Of a stretch of 64,000 nucleotides of DNA, positions 18,708-25,553 are shown piece after piece. Origin of the DNA: an uncultured Lentisphaerota bacterium (GTDB lineage Bacteria; Verrucomicrobiota; Kiritimatiellia; RFP12; UBA1067). Positions within the stretch are counted from its first letter, which is position 1. Each line of letters starts with the position of its first letter. The translations under genes and the position numbers were made by a program. Under the pieces are notes generated by a model. That model saw only the letters and a list, made by a program, of their open reading frames with translations. It was not told the origin of the DNA and did not search any database. Location of the stretch: contig ONRL01000002.1 of NCBI GenBank assembly GCA_900320225.1, positions 3,236 to 67,235 of the forward strand. The letters run 5' to 3'.

Positions 18708-19033
18708 TTGAAGAAACGCCAATGATACGGCAATACAAGCACTTAAAGTGCGAGGCTCCTCTTGGTAGCCTGTTGCTCTTCAGGCTGGGCGACTTCTTCG
18801 AGGCGTTCGGGGATGACGCCGTCCGCTTGTCGGCGGCCTTTGATGTTCCGTGCGGTCTTCGCGGCGGGGTGTCGATGGCGGGTTGCCTATGCGACTCGTT
18901 TTGGGAGTTGGCGCGCCGACTTACGGCGTCCGGCATTGTGTTTGTGATTGCGGAGGAAATGGAATCTCGCGCTGGTTCGCGTCTCCCGCGGCGCGAGATA
19001 GTGCGCACGGTAAAAGGAGGGCCGATAGAATGA
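18704..19033 (+). CDS. Stand-alone MutS domain I (mismatch-recognition domain) homologue, 109 aa
   Basis: TPMIRQYKHLKCEAPLGSLLLFRLGDFFEAFGDDAVRLS...VSMAG...IVFVIAEEM...REIVRTVKGG aligns by eye, colinearly, with E. coli MutS residues ~10-115 ([38 protein letters not shown]...IPMAG...SVAICEQ...RKVVRIVTPG). The F-x-E mismatch-contact motif is kept (F31, E33). Confidence 0.75.
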   Translation: MIEETPMIRQYKHLKCEAPLGSLLLFRLGDFFEAFGDDAVRLSAAFDVPCGLRGGVSMAGCLCDSFWELARRLTASGIVFVIAEEMESRAGSRLPRREIVRTVKGGPIE

Positions 19034-19260
19034 GCAAAACAACCTACTACATCGTACAGGCGACCACGCGCCTCTTCGCCGCACGCGACAATCTCGGCGT
19101 GAGCCTAGCAATGGGCATGGAGAACGCGGCGCGGTTGACGCTGCCGGAGGCACGTCGCGCGCTGCGTGATGTCCGCCAGGACTACGGCGACAACGGCCCG
19201 CGGCGGTTCCCGCGGATCGTCAAGGCGACAATCGAAACGACAACCATAACGGAGGGTTAG
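19030..19260 (+). CDS. Hypothetical protein (76 aa)
   Basis: Its ATG overlaps the upstream stop. Trimmed from the track ORF 18850..19260. Confidence 0.5.
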   Translation: MSKTTYYIVQATTRLFAARDNLGVSLAMGMENAARLTLPEARRALRDVRQDYGDNGPRRFPRIVKATIETTTITEG

Positions 19261-19262
19261 CA

Positions 19263-19544
19263 ATGAACATCACATCAAGCGTGAACGACTACCGGCTTTC
19301 GGAAACGCCGCGCGAGGTCACGATTGTTACCTACGTCGCCGCATCCGGCAGCATCTGGCCGAGCGTGTACATCGACTACAAGCGCGGCAAGGACGCTGTG
19401 GCGCAATTCCTACGCGAACGGCGCAGGCGAGGTGAGCGCTGGCGTACCGTCGAATGGCACGGCGCATGGGCGAACGACAAGGGCGACCGGCTAGACAGGG
19501 TGATTTGCGACGAGTCATCCGATAATCCCGGAGTTTACGAGTAA
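19263..19544 (+). CDS. Hypothetical protein (93 aa)
   Basis: Intact ORF that starts 2 nt after the previous stop. Confidence 0.5.
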   Translation: MNITSSVNDYRLSETPREVTIVTYVAASGSIWPSVYIDYKRGKDAVAQFLRERRRRGERWRTVEWHGAWANDKGDRLDRVICDESSDNPGVYE

Positions 19545-19602
19545 CTAGACAACACCAATTAACGGCTGGACAAAAAACATAAAGCAACGAAAGGAACACA
19601 CC

Positions 19603-19755
19603 ATGAAAACCTACATCGTATCGACACACCTGGGCGACTTCGAGACTACGGCCTCATCGCCGGAGAAGGCCATCAGCAACATCCGTTTCCGCATCTTCGG
19701 ACGGAGTCCGGCGGCTGCGCGGTTCGTGCAGGGCTGGACGGTTTGCGAAGCGTAA
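19603..19755 (+). CDS. Hypothetical protein (50 aa, MKTYIVSTHLGDFETTASSPEKAISNIRFRIFG...)
   Basis: Below the track's size cut-off. RBS GAAAGGAACACACC precedes the ATG. Confidence 0.4.
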   Translation: MKTYIVSTHLGDFETTASSPEKAISNIRFRIFGRSPAAARFVQGWTVCEA

Positions 19756-19841
19756 TGACAACAACAACAACTTCGCGCGGTAGTGGGGGCTTGACCGCCG
19801 CCGTGCTTTATGGCAAAATCCACAACAACCGAAAGGACACC

Positions 19842-20171
19842 ATGGACAACACACTTGTAAAACTCGGCTTCATCCTTCATTCGTCGCCTGCGTTCGACTT
19901 TTACCACGACGCAACGGGCCTGGTGCTGCCGAAAATGCCGGAGGGCAAAAACACCCTTGTGACTCCGTTTGTCGTGAAGGACGAGAACGGCATCGACCGC
20001 GCCGCCGCGCTTGTGCATCAAACGGGATTCGCGGAAACGCCGGAGGAAACGGCGAACGGCGACGAGGCATCAGGCCTGGGCGTGATCGTCGCAATGGATG
20101 TGCCCCTCGAACAAGGCCGGAATGCCATCGACGCATACCTCGACAAGACACTCCGCGGCAAGGAAGGCTGA
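19842..20171 (+). CDS. Hypothetical protein (109 aa)
   Basis: RBS GAAAGGACACC precedes the ATG at 19842. Confidence 0.5.
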   Translation: MDNTLVKLGFILHSSPAFDFYHDATGLVLPKMPEGKNTLVTPFVVKDENGIDRAAALVHQTGFAETPEETANGDEASGLGVIVAMDVPLEQGRNAIDAYLDKTLRGKEG

Positions 20172-20174
20172 TAT

Positions 20175-20387
20175 ATGGGACGCAACGCCGAACACATGAC
20201 ACCCCGCGCGCTTGACCTTCTCGCCAAGGCCACGCCGGACAAGCCCCGCAAACCGAAAACGCCGCAGACTCTACGCATCCCTGGCATCGGCAAGTGCCGC
20301 ATCACCGCCCGCAACGGTGAATGGCTGCGCCTCGCCGCGTCCGACGGTGAGCCGTTCGTGCGGCATATTTCGGAGATCAGGCAATGA
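20175..20387 (+). CDS. Hypothetical protein (70 aa)
   Basis: Intact ORF co-oriented with its neighbours. Confidence 0.45.
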   Translation: MGRNAEHMTPRALDLLAKATPDKPRKPKTPQTLRIPGIGKCRITARNGEWLRLAASDGEPFVRHISEIRQ

Positions 20388-20596
20388 GCTTGCTAGGCCT
20401 CTTCAGGAGTAAGCCGAAGCGCTGCCCGCACTGGAAGCGCGACCTGTCCGTCATCGGAGACCGGCACGAGGGGTGCCGGACCTGCAAGCGCCGCATCGGC
20501 AAATGGCCGTGCTCGCTGATCGCCGTGCGCGGCGTCCCGACGATACCCGACGTGCCGTATCCCGACGCGCCGTATCCCGACGCGCCGAAAATTTAG
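20384..20596 (+). CDS. Hypothetical Cys-containing protein (70 aa) with a PDVPYPDAPYPDAP tail
   Basis: ATGA-coupled to the upstream gene. Confidence 0.45.
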   Translation: MSLLGLFRSKPKRCPHWKRDLSVIGDRHEGCRTCKRRIGKWPCSLIAVRGVPTIPDVPYPDAPYPDAPKI

Positions 20597-20601
20597 TACC
20601 A

Positions 20602-20643
20602 CTGTTGCCGCAACATTTTTGCTATAATCTACTGCGGCAACAG
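20602..20643 (+). promoter_or_regulatory. Perfect 11-bp inverted repeat bracketing an extended -10 (TGcTATAAT)
   Basis: CTGTTGCCGCA at 20602-20612 and TGCGGCAACAG at 20633-20643. TGCTATAAT sits at 20620-20628, inside the 20-nt spacer. The element is about 30 nt upstream of the 20673 gene. Confidence 0.55.
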
Positions 20644-20672
20644 AAATTACAATTTTAACAGGGAGACAGAAA

Positions 20673-21008
20673 ATGCCGTATGTCAAAGGTGTGGGGTATG
20701 TCCGCAAGACCAAAAGCAAGGAAGAGTTGTCAGCCCTGCGATCCCAACTGGGAAAGCAAGGCGGCGCCAAGCGCAAGGCGATGGGCTATGCTGGAGTGGG
20801 CCGCAAAAAAGGCTGGACTAAGGATCCGGCGCTAAGGGCTATCCCGTCGAAGACGCTGACGGTGAGGGAGCCGGACTACAATGTGTTCGTCCGCCTGGCG
20901 AGCGTCCAGGGCGTCGCAATCGTCGAGTTCATGCACATCGTCGCGGAGAGCCTGCGCGGGAAGAACGCGGAGCTGTTCGCGCCGGACGCGCCGCGGGTCA
21001 CGGTGTAG
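20673..21008 (+). CDS. Basic N-terminus plus RHH-like DNA-binding protein (111 aa)
   Basis: RBS GGGAGACAGAAA precedes the ATG. The C-terminal segment KTLTVREPDYNVFVRLASVQGVAIVEFMHIVAESL has a strand-helix-helix pattern. Confidence 0.45.
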   Translation: MPYVKGVGYVRKTKSKEELSALRSQLGKQGGAKRKAMGYAGVGRKKGWTKDPALRAIPSKTLTVREPDYNVFVRLASVQGVAIVEFMHIVAESLRGKNAELFAPDAPRVTV

Positions 21009-21016
21009 GCAAGCCG

Positions 21017-21229
21017 CTAGCCGTACCAGGGGGCGTCGTCGTAGCCGTCGCTGTGCGACCGAGACGACACCATTAGACAAAACGTCCACACGAGGTATGC
21101 CACAAATGCTACCCTAACACACCATTTTACGACAGGATAGACAGTTTTGTTTTCGGCGTCGTCGCTGTGAAGCCAGCCAAATGCGGCGATAAACAGCGCA
21201 AGCGCAATAAGTATCGTCGCCAGTTTCAT
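21017..21229 (-). CDS. Small two-TM membrane protein (70 aa), operonic with the Mrr-like gene
   Basis: Its start has a 4-nt ATGA overlap with the upstream gene's stop. Hydrophobic segments are LATILIALALFIAAFGWL and VAFVAYLVWTFCLMV. Confidence 0.5.
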   Translation of the reverse strand: MKLATILIALALFIAAFGWLHSDDAENKTVYPVVKWCVRVAFVAYLVWTFCLMVSSRSHSDGYDDAPWYG

Positions 21230-22416
21230 GTGTTTTGTGGTTGTTTGGGGTGGTCGTAGGCGTCAATCAATCGCGCAGCTTCTGATAAGATTCCCCAGAG
21301 TTTTTCTGGCGAAATGGCCTCTGTTGAAATACGGTAGGGTTGAATGTCGGATTGGGTCACACCAAACGCAAGCTTGGAACGATGGCGAAACATCCGGGCG
21401 ATTTCATCAGGTAAAACCAGCTTTGTCCTGTACGCCGCTATGAAACGAAGCAACATCCATAGTTGACTGTGTCTGTTGCGCAATCGCGAATTGTTTTTCA
21501 ATCGCCTAATCACTGTGTCACCAGCGCGATTGATTAGCTCTTGTCTCGCTTCGGCGGACATAATGTTTTCGGGGTCACCATACATTCTCCATAGCTGCCT
21601 CACGACCAGAAAAAGTCCATCTTCGTTTTGTGTATGTCTCTTGCTGGGCTTGGTTGTTTCTGGCTCGACGCCGTAATTGCCATACCTGAAAGAGACTTCG
21701 ACGCCTCCAAAATTGGACCCGTAGTCATCTAGCTCTTGGAGCGCCTTCTCGTAAGTGTCTGCTGAGATGATGCTGACGCCTGCTTTTTGGGAGTATGTAT
21801 TAACCACCCTGATCGGCGGTGTATCACAGACCAGCCAGGCGTCCTGACACGACAGCACCGACGCGGCGGCGCTTATGGCCTGTATGGCGCGGACGATACC
21901 TACCGTGCTGTGATACGCAGATACGGCGATGCGCTTGTCGCCAGATTCCAGGACGAAGTCGCAGCCAGGAACAAAGCGGGTGTCTGTTCTTTCGATATGA
22001 TCATAGGCCCATGTATACGTGGTGAGGCTGCGAACGGTGGCCTCACGTATGGCGCGCGCCTGGTTCTCGATCAGCGCTTTCAGCTGGCTATAGTGAAGTA
22101 ATTGCACCTTGGCCTTATTGGCTAGTTCGTATGCGGACTTAGAAAAGCGTGTGTTGGAAACTACAGCGGCATCGTCGCAATCCCAGAATATTTTTCCCGC
22201 CACCACTTGTTGAACCGCATCATTGCCGACCAAGTTCTCTGAATAAAATTTACACTGTATGGCAATTTTCTTGTTGCCTACATAAGCGATCGCATCTACC
22301 CCCTGATCCCCACTTTCAGGTGTAAGTTTGCATTTGAAGCCGCACGACTCAACCATCGCCAACACGGCTTTCTCGAAGTCGATTCCGTTGTTTACGATGT
22401 AGATTTGCTGTTTCAC
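21226..22416 (-). CDS. Mrr-cat (PD-(D/E)xK restriction-endonuclease-fold) protein with a degenerate second copy and a helical C-terminal domain (396 aa)
   Basis: The N-terminal FEKAVLAMVESCGF...GDQGVDAIAY...KIAIQCKFY...VVSNTRFSKSAYELA matches the Mrr_cat pattern (D ... QxK). Residues ~150-235 repeat the fold without the Lys (DFVLESGDKRIAVSAYHS). It uses a GTG start, and its GC content is visibly lower than the flanks. Confidence 0.65.
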   Translation of the reverse strand: MKQQIYIVNNGIDFEKAVLAMVESCGFKCKLTPESGDQGVDAIAYVGNKKIAIQCKFYSENLVGNDAVQQVVAGKIFWDCDDAAVVSNTRFSKSAYELANKAKVQLLHYSQLKALIENQARAIREATVRSLTTYTWAYDHIERTDTRFVPGCDFVLESGDKRIAVSAYHSTVGIVRAIQAISAAASVLSCQDAWLVCDTPPIRVVNTYSQKAGVSIISADTYEKALQELDDYGSNFGGVEVSFRYGNYGVEPETTKPSKRHTQNEDGLFLVVRQLWRMYGDPENIMSAEARQELINRAGDTVIRRLKNNSRLRNRHSQLWMLLRFIAAYRTKLVLPDEIARMFRHRSKLAFGVTQSDIQPYRISTEAISPEKLWGILSEAARLIDAYDHPKQPQNT

Positions 22417-22423
22417 ATTGCGA

Positions 22424-22432
22424 ATTATACCA
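22424..22432 (-). promoter_or_regulatory. Extended -10 (TGgTATAAT on the minus strand) just upstream of the Mrr-like gene
   Basis: The reverse complement of 22424-22432 reads TGGTATAAT. Only 7 nt separate it from the GTG start, implying a leaderless or near-leaderless mRNA. Confidence 0.4.
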
Positions 22433-22492
22433 CTTCCCCGCCGCCCCTTGTAGGTGCTTGTAAAAAAAAATCAAAATTTTACAGGATTGTGC

Positions 22493-22522
22493 TTGCATAG
22501 TGTCGCGACACTATGATATTAT
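22493..22522 (+). promoter_or_regulatory. Promoter (TTGCAT, 18 bp spacer, TGaTATTAT) with operator O1 in the spacer
   Basis: O1 is the 16-bp perfect palindrome TAGTGTCGCGACACTA at 22498-22513, lying between the -35 (22493-22498) and the -10 (22517-22522). Confidence 0.6.
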
Positions 22523-22560
22523 ATCCGCGCAACCCCCAAATAGGGGAAAGGAACCACATC

Positions 22561-22836
22561 ATGCCAAGTCGAATGGGAAAACATAAAGAAGGAAAATCAA
22601 GTATCGGCTTGTATGTCGATGACGATTTTCGCGCCCTTCTCGCGTTTTTGGTGGATCAGACAGGTGAGACAGCTACTGATATCATCATGGATGGAGTACG
22701 GGCACGGGCCACGGCCTTGGGAATTATGCGCAACGACCAGATATTGCCCGAATACCTACCAGCAATAGCTGTCATCAAAGAGGCTTTTACAGCAAAGAGG
22801 GTAATGCGCCACGCGCAGAAGGGAGTCAAAAAGTGA
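22561..22836 (+). CDS. RHH (CopG/Arc-like) regulator (91 aa)
   Basis: RBS GGGGAAAGGAACCACATC precedes the ATG. SSIGLYVDDDFRALLAFLVDQTGETATDIIMDGV has a strand-helix-helix pattern. Confidence 0.5.
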   Translation: MPSRMGKHKEGKSSIGLYVDDDFRALLAFLVDQTGETATDIIMDGVRARATALGIMRNDQILPEYLPAIAVIKEAFTAKRVMRHAQKGVKK

Positions 22837-23000
22837 AGTCAAAATACTCGGACAAGTTCAGAGCAGCCGCAAAGGCATCAAAACTTTCGCCCGCAAAATT
22901 CGCAATGAAAGTACGCGATCTTCTTTCGCCAACGAAGTGTCGCGACACTAAACGACTTTTTTCTGCTCGCACCATGCAGGCCATTTCTTGTCAAGCATAA
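22833..23000 (+). CDS. Possible 55-aa ORF (GTG start, VKSKYSDKFRAAAKASKLSPAKFAMKVRDLL...)
   Basis: GTGA overlap with the upstream stop. It spans operator O2 and ends at O3. Support is weak. Confidence 0.25.
   Translation: MKSKYSDKFRAAAKASKLSPAKFAMKVRDLLSPTKCRDTKRLFSARTMQAISCQA
22936..22949. promoter_or_regulatory. Operator O2 (AGTGTCGCGACACT)
   Basis: The same 14-bp perfect palindrome core as O1 and O3. Confidence 0.6.
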
Positions 23001-23018
23001 GTGTCGCGACACTATAAG
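22988..23018 (+). promoter_or_regulatory. Promoter-like element (TTGTCA ... TATAAG) with operator O3 in the spacer
   Basis: O3 is AGTGTCGCGACACT at 23000-23013. The local context GCATAAGTGTCGCGACACTAT mirrors that of O1 (GCATAGTGTCGCGACACTAT). Confidence 0.5.
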
Positions 23019-23035
23019 CTAACCTAGGTGATACC

Positions 23036-23206
23036 ATGAAAGCCACTCCACCCAAGGACGAATACATCAACACCCCGGTCAGGCCGGAGGTCAAAGCTGC
23101 ACTGCGCGAACGTGCCGCGGAGAACGGGCGCGCCATAGGGCGCGAGGCATCGCTGATCCTGACGAAGGCCGTAATGCGCGGCAAGACACAGGAGAACCAG
23201 CCATGA
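23036..23206 (+). CDS. RHH-type small regulator (56 aa)
   Basis: MKATPPKDEYINTPVRPEVKAALRERAAENGRAIGREASLILTKAV. Below the track's size cut-off. Confidence 0.45.
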   Translation: MKATPPKDEYINTPVRPEVKAALRERAAENGRAIGREASLILTKAVMRGKTQENQP

Positions 23207-23388
23207 ACAAACCGAAGGAACTGAAGCTCGTCGAACGTCAAAAGCCGGAGTCGTACTCCGAAACGCTCGCGGTGCGCGTGAAGCCGTCCGAGAAGGCGGT
23301 GGTCCGCGAGTACGCCGAGAAGCACGGCGCCACCCTCGATACGGTTATGCGCTCCGCGCTCGTCGCCGCGGGCATACTTGCAGCATAG
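23203..23388 (+). CDS. RHH-type small regulator (61 aa)
   Basis: ATGA-coupled to the upstream gene. Key segment: ETLAVRVKPSEKAVVREYAEKHGATLDTVMRSALV. Confidence 0.45.
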   Translation: MNKPKELKLVERQKPESYSETLAVRVKPSEKAVVREYAEKHGATLDTVMRSALVAAGILAA

Positions 23389-23390
23389 GG

Positions 23391-23789
23391 GTGCTCCACA
23401 GCTCAACCATGACGCACTACCTCCCAAGAGAGTTCGTGAACGAGAGATTGAGACTCACCGTCCCGACCTCGTACCGCATACTCGGCGACGCACGCCACTA
23501 CGGCGCGCGCATCTCGTCCGACTGGGTGGTGGAGTTGCTGAACCGCGCGCGCCGCGGGTACGCCGCCGGAGACGCACTGCGGGGCATCCCTTCTGACCTT
23601 CTGACCGGCGAGGAGCTGGCCTCGGAGATGGCGGAGAGCCACATCACGGCGCACGATCTCCTCAACTGGTCCAGCCGGAAGAAGAACATCGTGCCGCACT
23701 TCCGCCTCACGTCGCACACGCGCCTCTACCGGCGCGAGGACGTCGAGCGTTGGCTGGAGACGCGCTGCGTATCAAGGAGGACCGCATGA
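23391..23789 (+). CDS. Excisionase/MerR-type HTH protein (132 aa)
   Basis: C-terminal segment LTGEELASEMAESHITAHDLLNWSSRKKNIVPHFRLTSHTRLYRREDVERWLE. The start is GTG at 23391 or ATG at 23409. Confidence 0.4.
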   Translation: MLHSSTMTHYLPREFVNERLRLTVPTSYRILGDARHYGARISSDWVVELLNRARRGYAAGDALRGIPSDLLTGEELASEMAESHITAHDLLNWSSRKKNIVPHFRLTSHTRLYRREDVERWLETRCVSRRTA

Positions 23790-24193
23790 CACCGGAACTT
23801 GAACGTCGCGCAATCTCGTTCATTCGCACGATTGCGAACCGCTGCGAGCGCTGCCTGCGCAGGACGCCGGAGAACTGCCGCAACTGCCCTTCGGCGTGGG
23901 CGAACGAGATCATGGCCGACTACGAGAACGACGGTCGGCCGCCCGCCGTGGACTACACGCTTGCGGCCCGTGAACTGCGGATCCTCGAGGCGCTGCGAAC
24001 CTCGGGACGTCCGCTCTCGGCGACGGAGATCGACCTGTCGGACATTTGCTCGCGGGCGCTCAAGCACTGGACCCTTTGCAGAATGGTGCGGACGGGGCGC
24101 CTGGTCCGCCAGAAGATCAGCGACCATGAGGGCCGCAAGGGCAGGTATCTCTATTTTATCCCAAACAACAAAAACAAAGGAACCACAAAATGA
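23786..24193 (+). CDS. Cys-cluster plus winged-helix protein (135 aa)
   Basis: RBS AAGGAGGACCGC precedes the ATG at 23786. The winged-helix-like segment is RELRILEALRTSGRPLSATEIDLSDICSRALKHWTLCRMVRTGRLVRQK. Confidence 0.4.
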   Translation: MTPELERRAISFIRTIANRCERCLRRTPENCRNCPSAWANEIMADYENDGRPPAVDYTLAARELRILEALRTSGRPLSATEIDLSDICSRALKHWTLCRMVRTGRLVRQKISDHEGRKGRYLYFIPNNKNKGTTK

Positions 24194-25467
24194 AAATCGT
24201 CTCTCTTGAGATGGCGAACGTGAAGCGCATAAAGGCGCTGCGGCTTGAGCCCACCGAAAACGGGCTCACGATAATCGGAGGGAAGAACGGGCAGGGGAAG
24301 ACGTCCGTTCTCGACGCGATAGCCTATGCGCTAGGCGGCGAGAACTACGCGCCAAGCTCGCTGAAGCGCGACGGCGCAGTGGGCGACACGTTCATCCACA
24401 TCGAGACAGACGACGGCCTCGTCATAGAACGCAAGGGGAAGAACGCCAACCTCACCGTAACCGACTCAACCGGCAAGCGTGAGGGCCAGAGGCTCCTCAA
24501 TTCCCTGCTGTCCAAGCTTGCAATCGACCTTCCGAAGTTCCTCAACGCCAACGACAAGGAAAAGGCCGACATTCTACTGCAGATACTCGGCATCGGAGAC
24601 CAGCTCGCCGCCATCGACCGCGACATAAAGGCGAAGTACGACCAGCGGCGCGCCGTAGGGCAGCTTGCCGACCAGAAGGAGAAGGCCGCCGCAGATATGC
24701 CCTGGCACGAGGACGCGCCAAAGGAGAAGGTGTCTGTGAAGGAACTCATAGACAAGCAGCAGGAGATACTGGCTCGAAACGGAATCAAAGAAGAGCACCG
24801 TCGGAAGTACGAATCCAACAAGGCGGAACTATTGCGCGTCAGCGGAGAAATCGACCGTCTGCGTCAGCGTCAGAAAGAATTGTCGGAAGAGGTGCGTTCG
24901 GCTGAATCCGAGGATTTCACGCTTGAATCCACAACTGAACTTGAAAAGCAGATCGCCAACTTCGAGGAGACGAACCGCAGGGTCGCGGAGAACGAGGACC
25001 GCACTCGCCGGATGGAGGAGGCGTCCGCCATGCGAGAACAGTACGACTCGCTTACCGCGGAGATCGAGGATGCCCGTGCAAAGCGCCTCGCCCTTCTCGA
25101 CGGAGCGGATTTGCCCCTTCCCGGATTGTCAGTCGAAGACGGAGTGCTGATGCTGAACGGCAAGGCGTGGGACTGCCTCTCGGGGTCCCAGCAACTGATC
25201 GTCGGGGCCTCTATTGCCTCCAGGCTCAACCCCAACTGCAAGTTCGTCCTCATCGACAAGCTTGAACAGCTCGACCTCGACAGCCTCGGGGACTTCGACT
25301 CCTGGCTGAAGGAGCAAGGGCTCCAGTGCATCGGCACGCGCGTTTCCACGGGTGGCGAATGCTCGATCGTGATAGAGGACGGCGAGGCTGAGGTACCGGA
25401 CGGCACCGTCATTGTGCCCAAGACCAAGGCAGACCCCGCCCCGCTGGGCGACCTGGACGATTTGTAG
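24190..25467 (+). CDS. SMC/SbcC/RecF-like recombination ATPase (425 aa)
   Basis: Walker A GKNGQGKTSVLDAIAYALGG, a long central coiled coil, an LSGSQQ signature-like motif and FVLIDKLEQLD. Confidence 0.6.
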   Translation: MKIVSLEMANVKRIKALRLEPTENGLTIIGGKNGQGKTSVLDAIAYALGGENYAPSSLKRDGAVGDTFIHIETDDGLVIERKGKNANLTVTDSTGKREGQRLLNSLLSKLAIDLPKFLNANDKEKADILLQILGIGDQLAAIDRDIKAKYDQRRAVGQLADQKEKAAADMPWHEDAPKEKVSVKELIDKQQEILARNGIKEEHRRKYESNKAELLRVSGEIDRLRQRQKELSEEVRSAESEDFTLESTTELEKQIANFEETNRRVAENEDRTRRMEEASAMREQYDSLTAEIEDARAKRLALLDGADLPLPGLSVEDGVLMLNGKAWDCLSGSQQLIVGASIASRLNPNCKFVLIDKLEQLDLDSLGDFDSWLKEQGLQCIGTRVSTGGECSIVIEDGEAEVPDGTVIVPKTKADPAPLGDLDDL

Positions 25468-25553
25468 TCCAAAATTCCCGAAGTTGCGGGTAGCGGCTAA
25501 ATGGTATGCCGGGGAGCATTTTTTTCTAAAACCTCAACTAAAGGAAAACCAAC

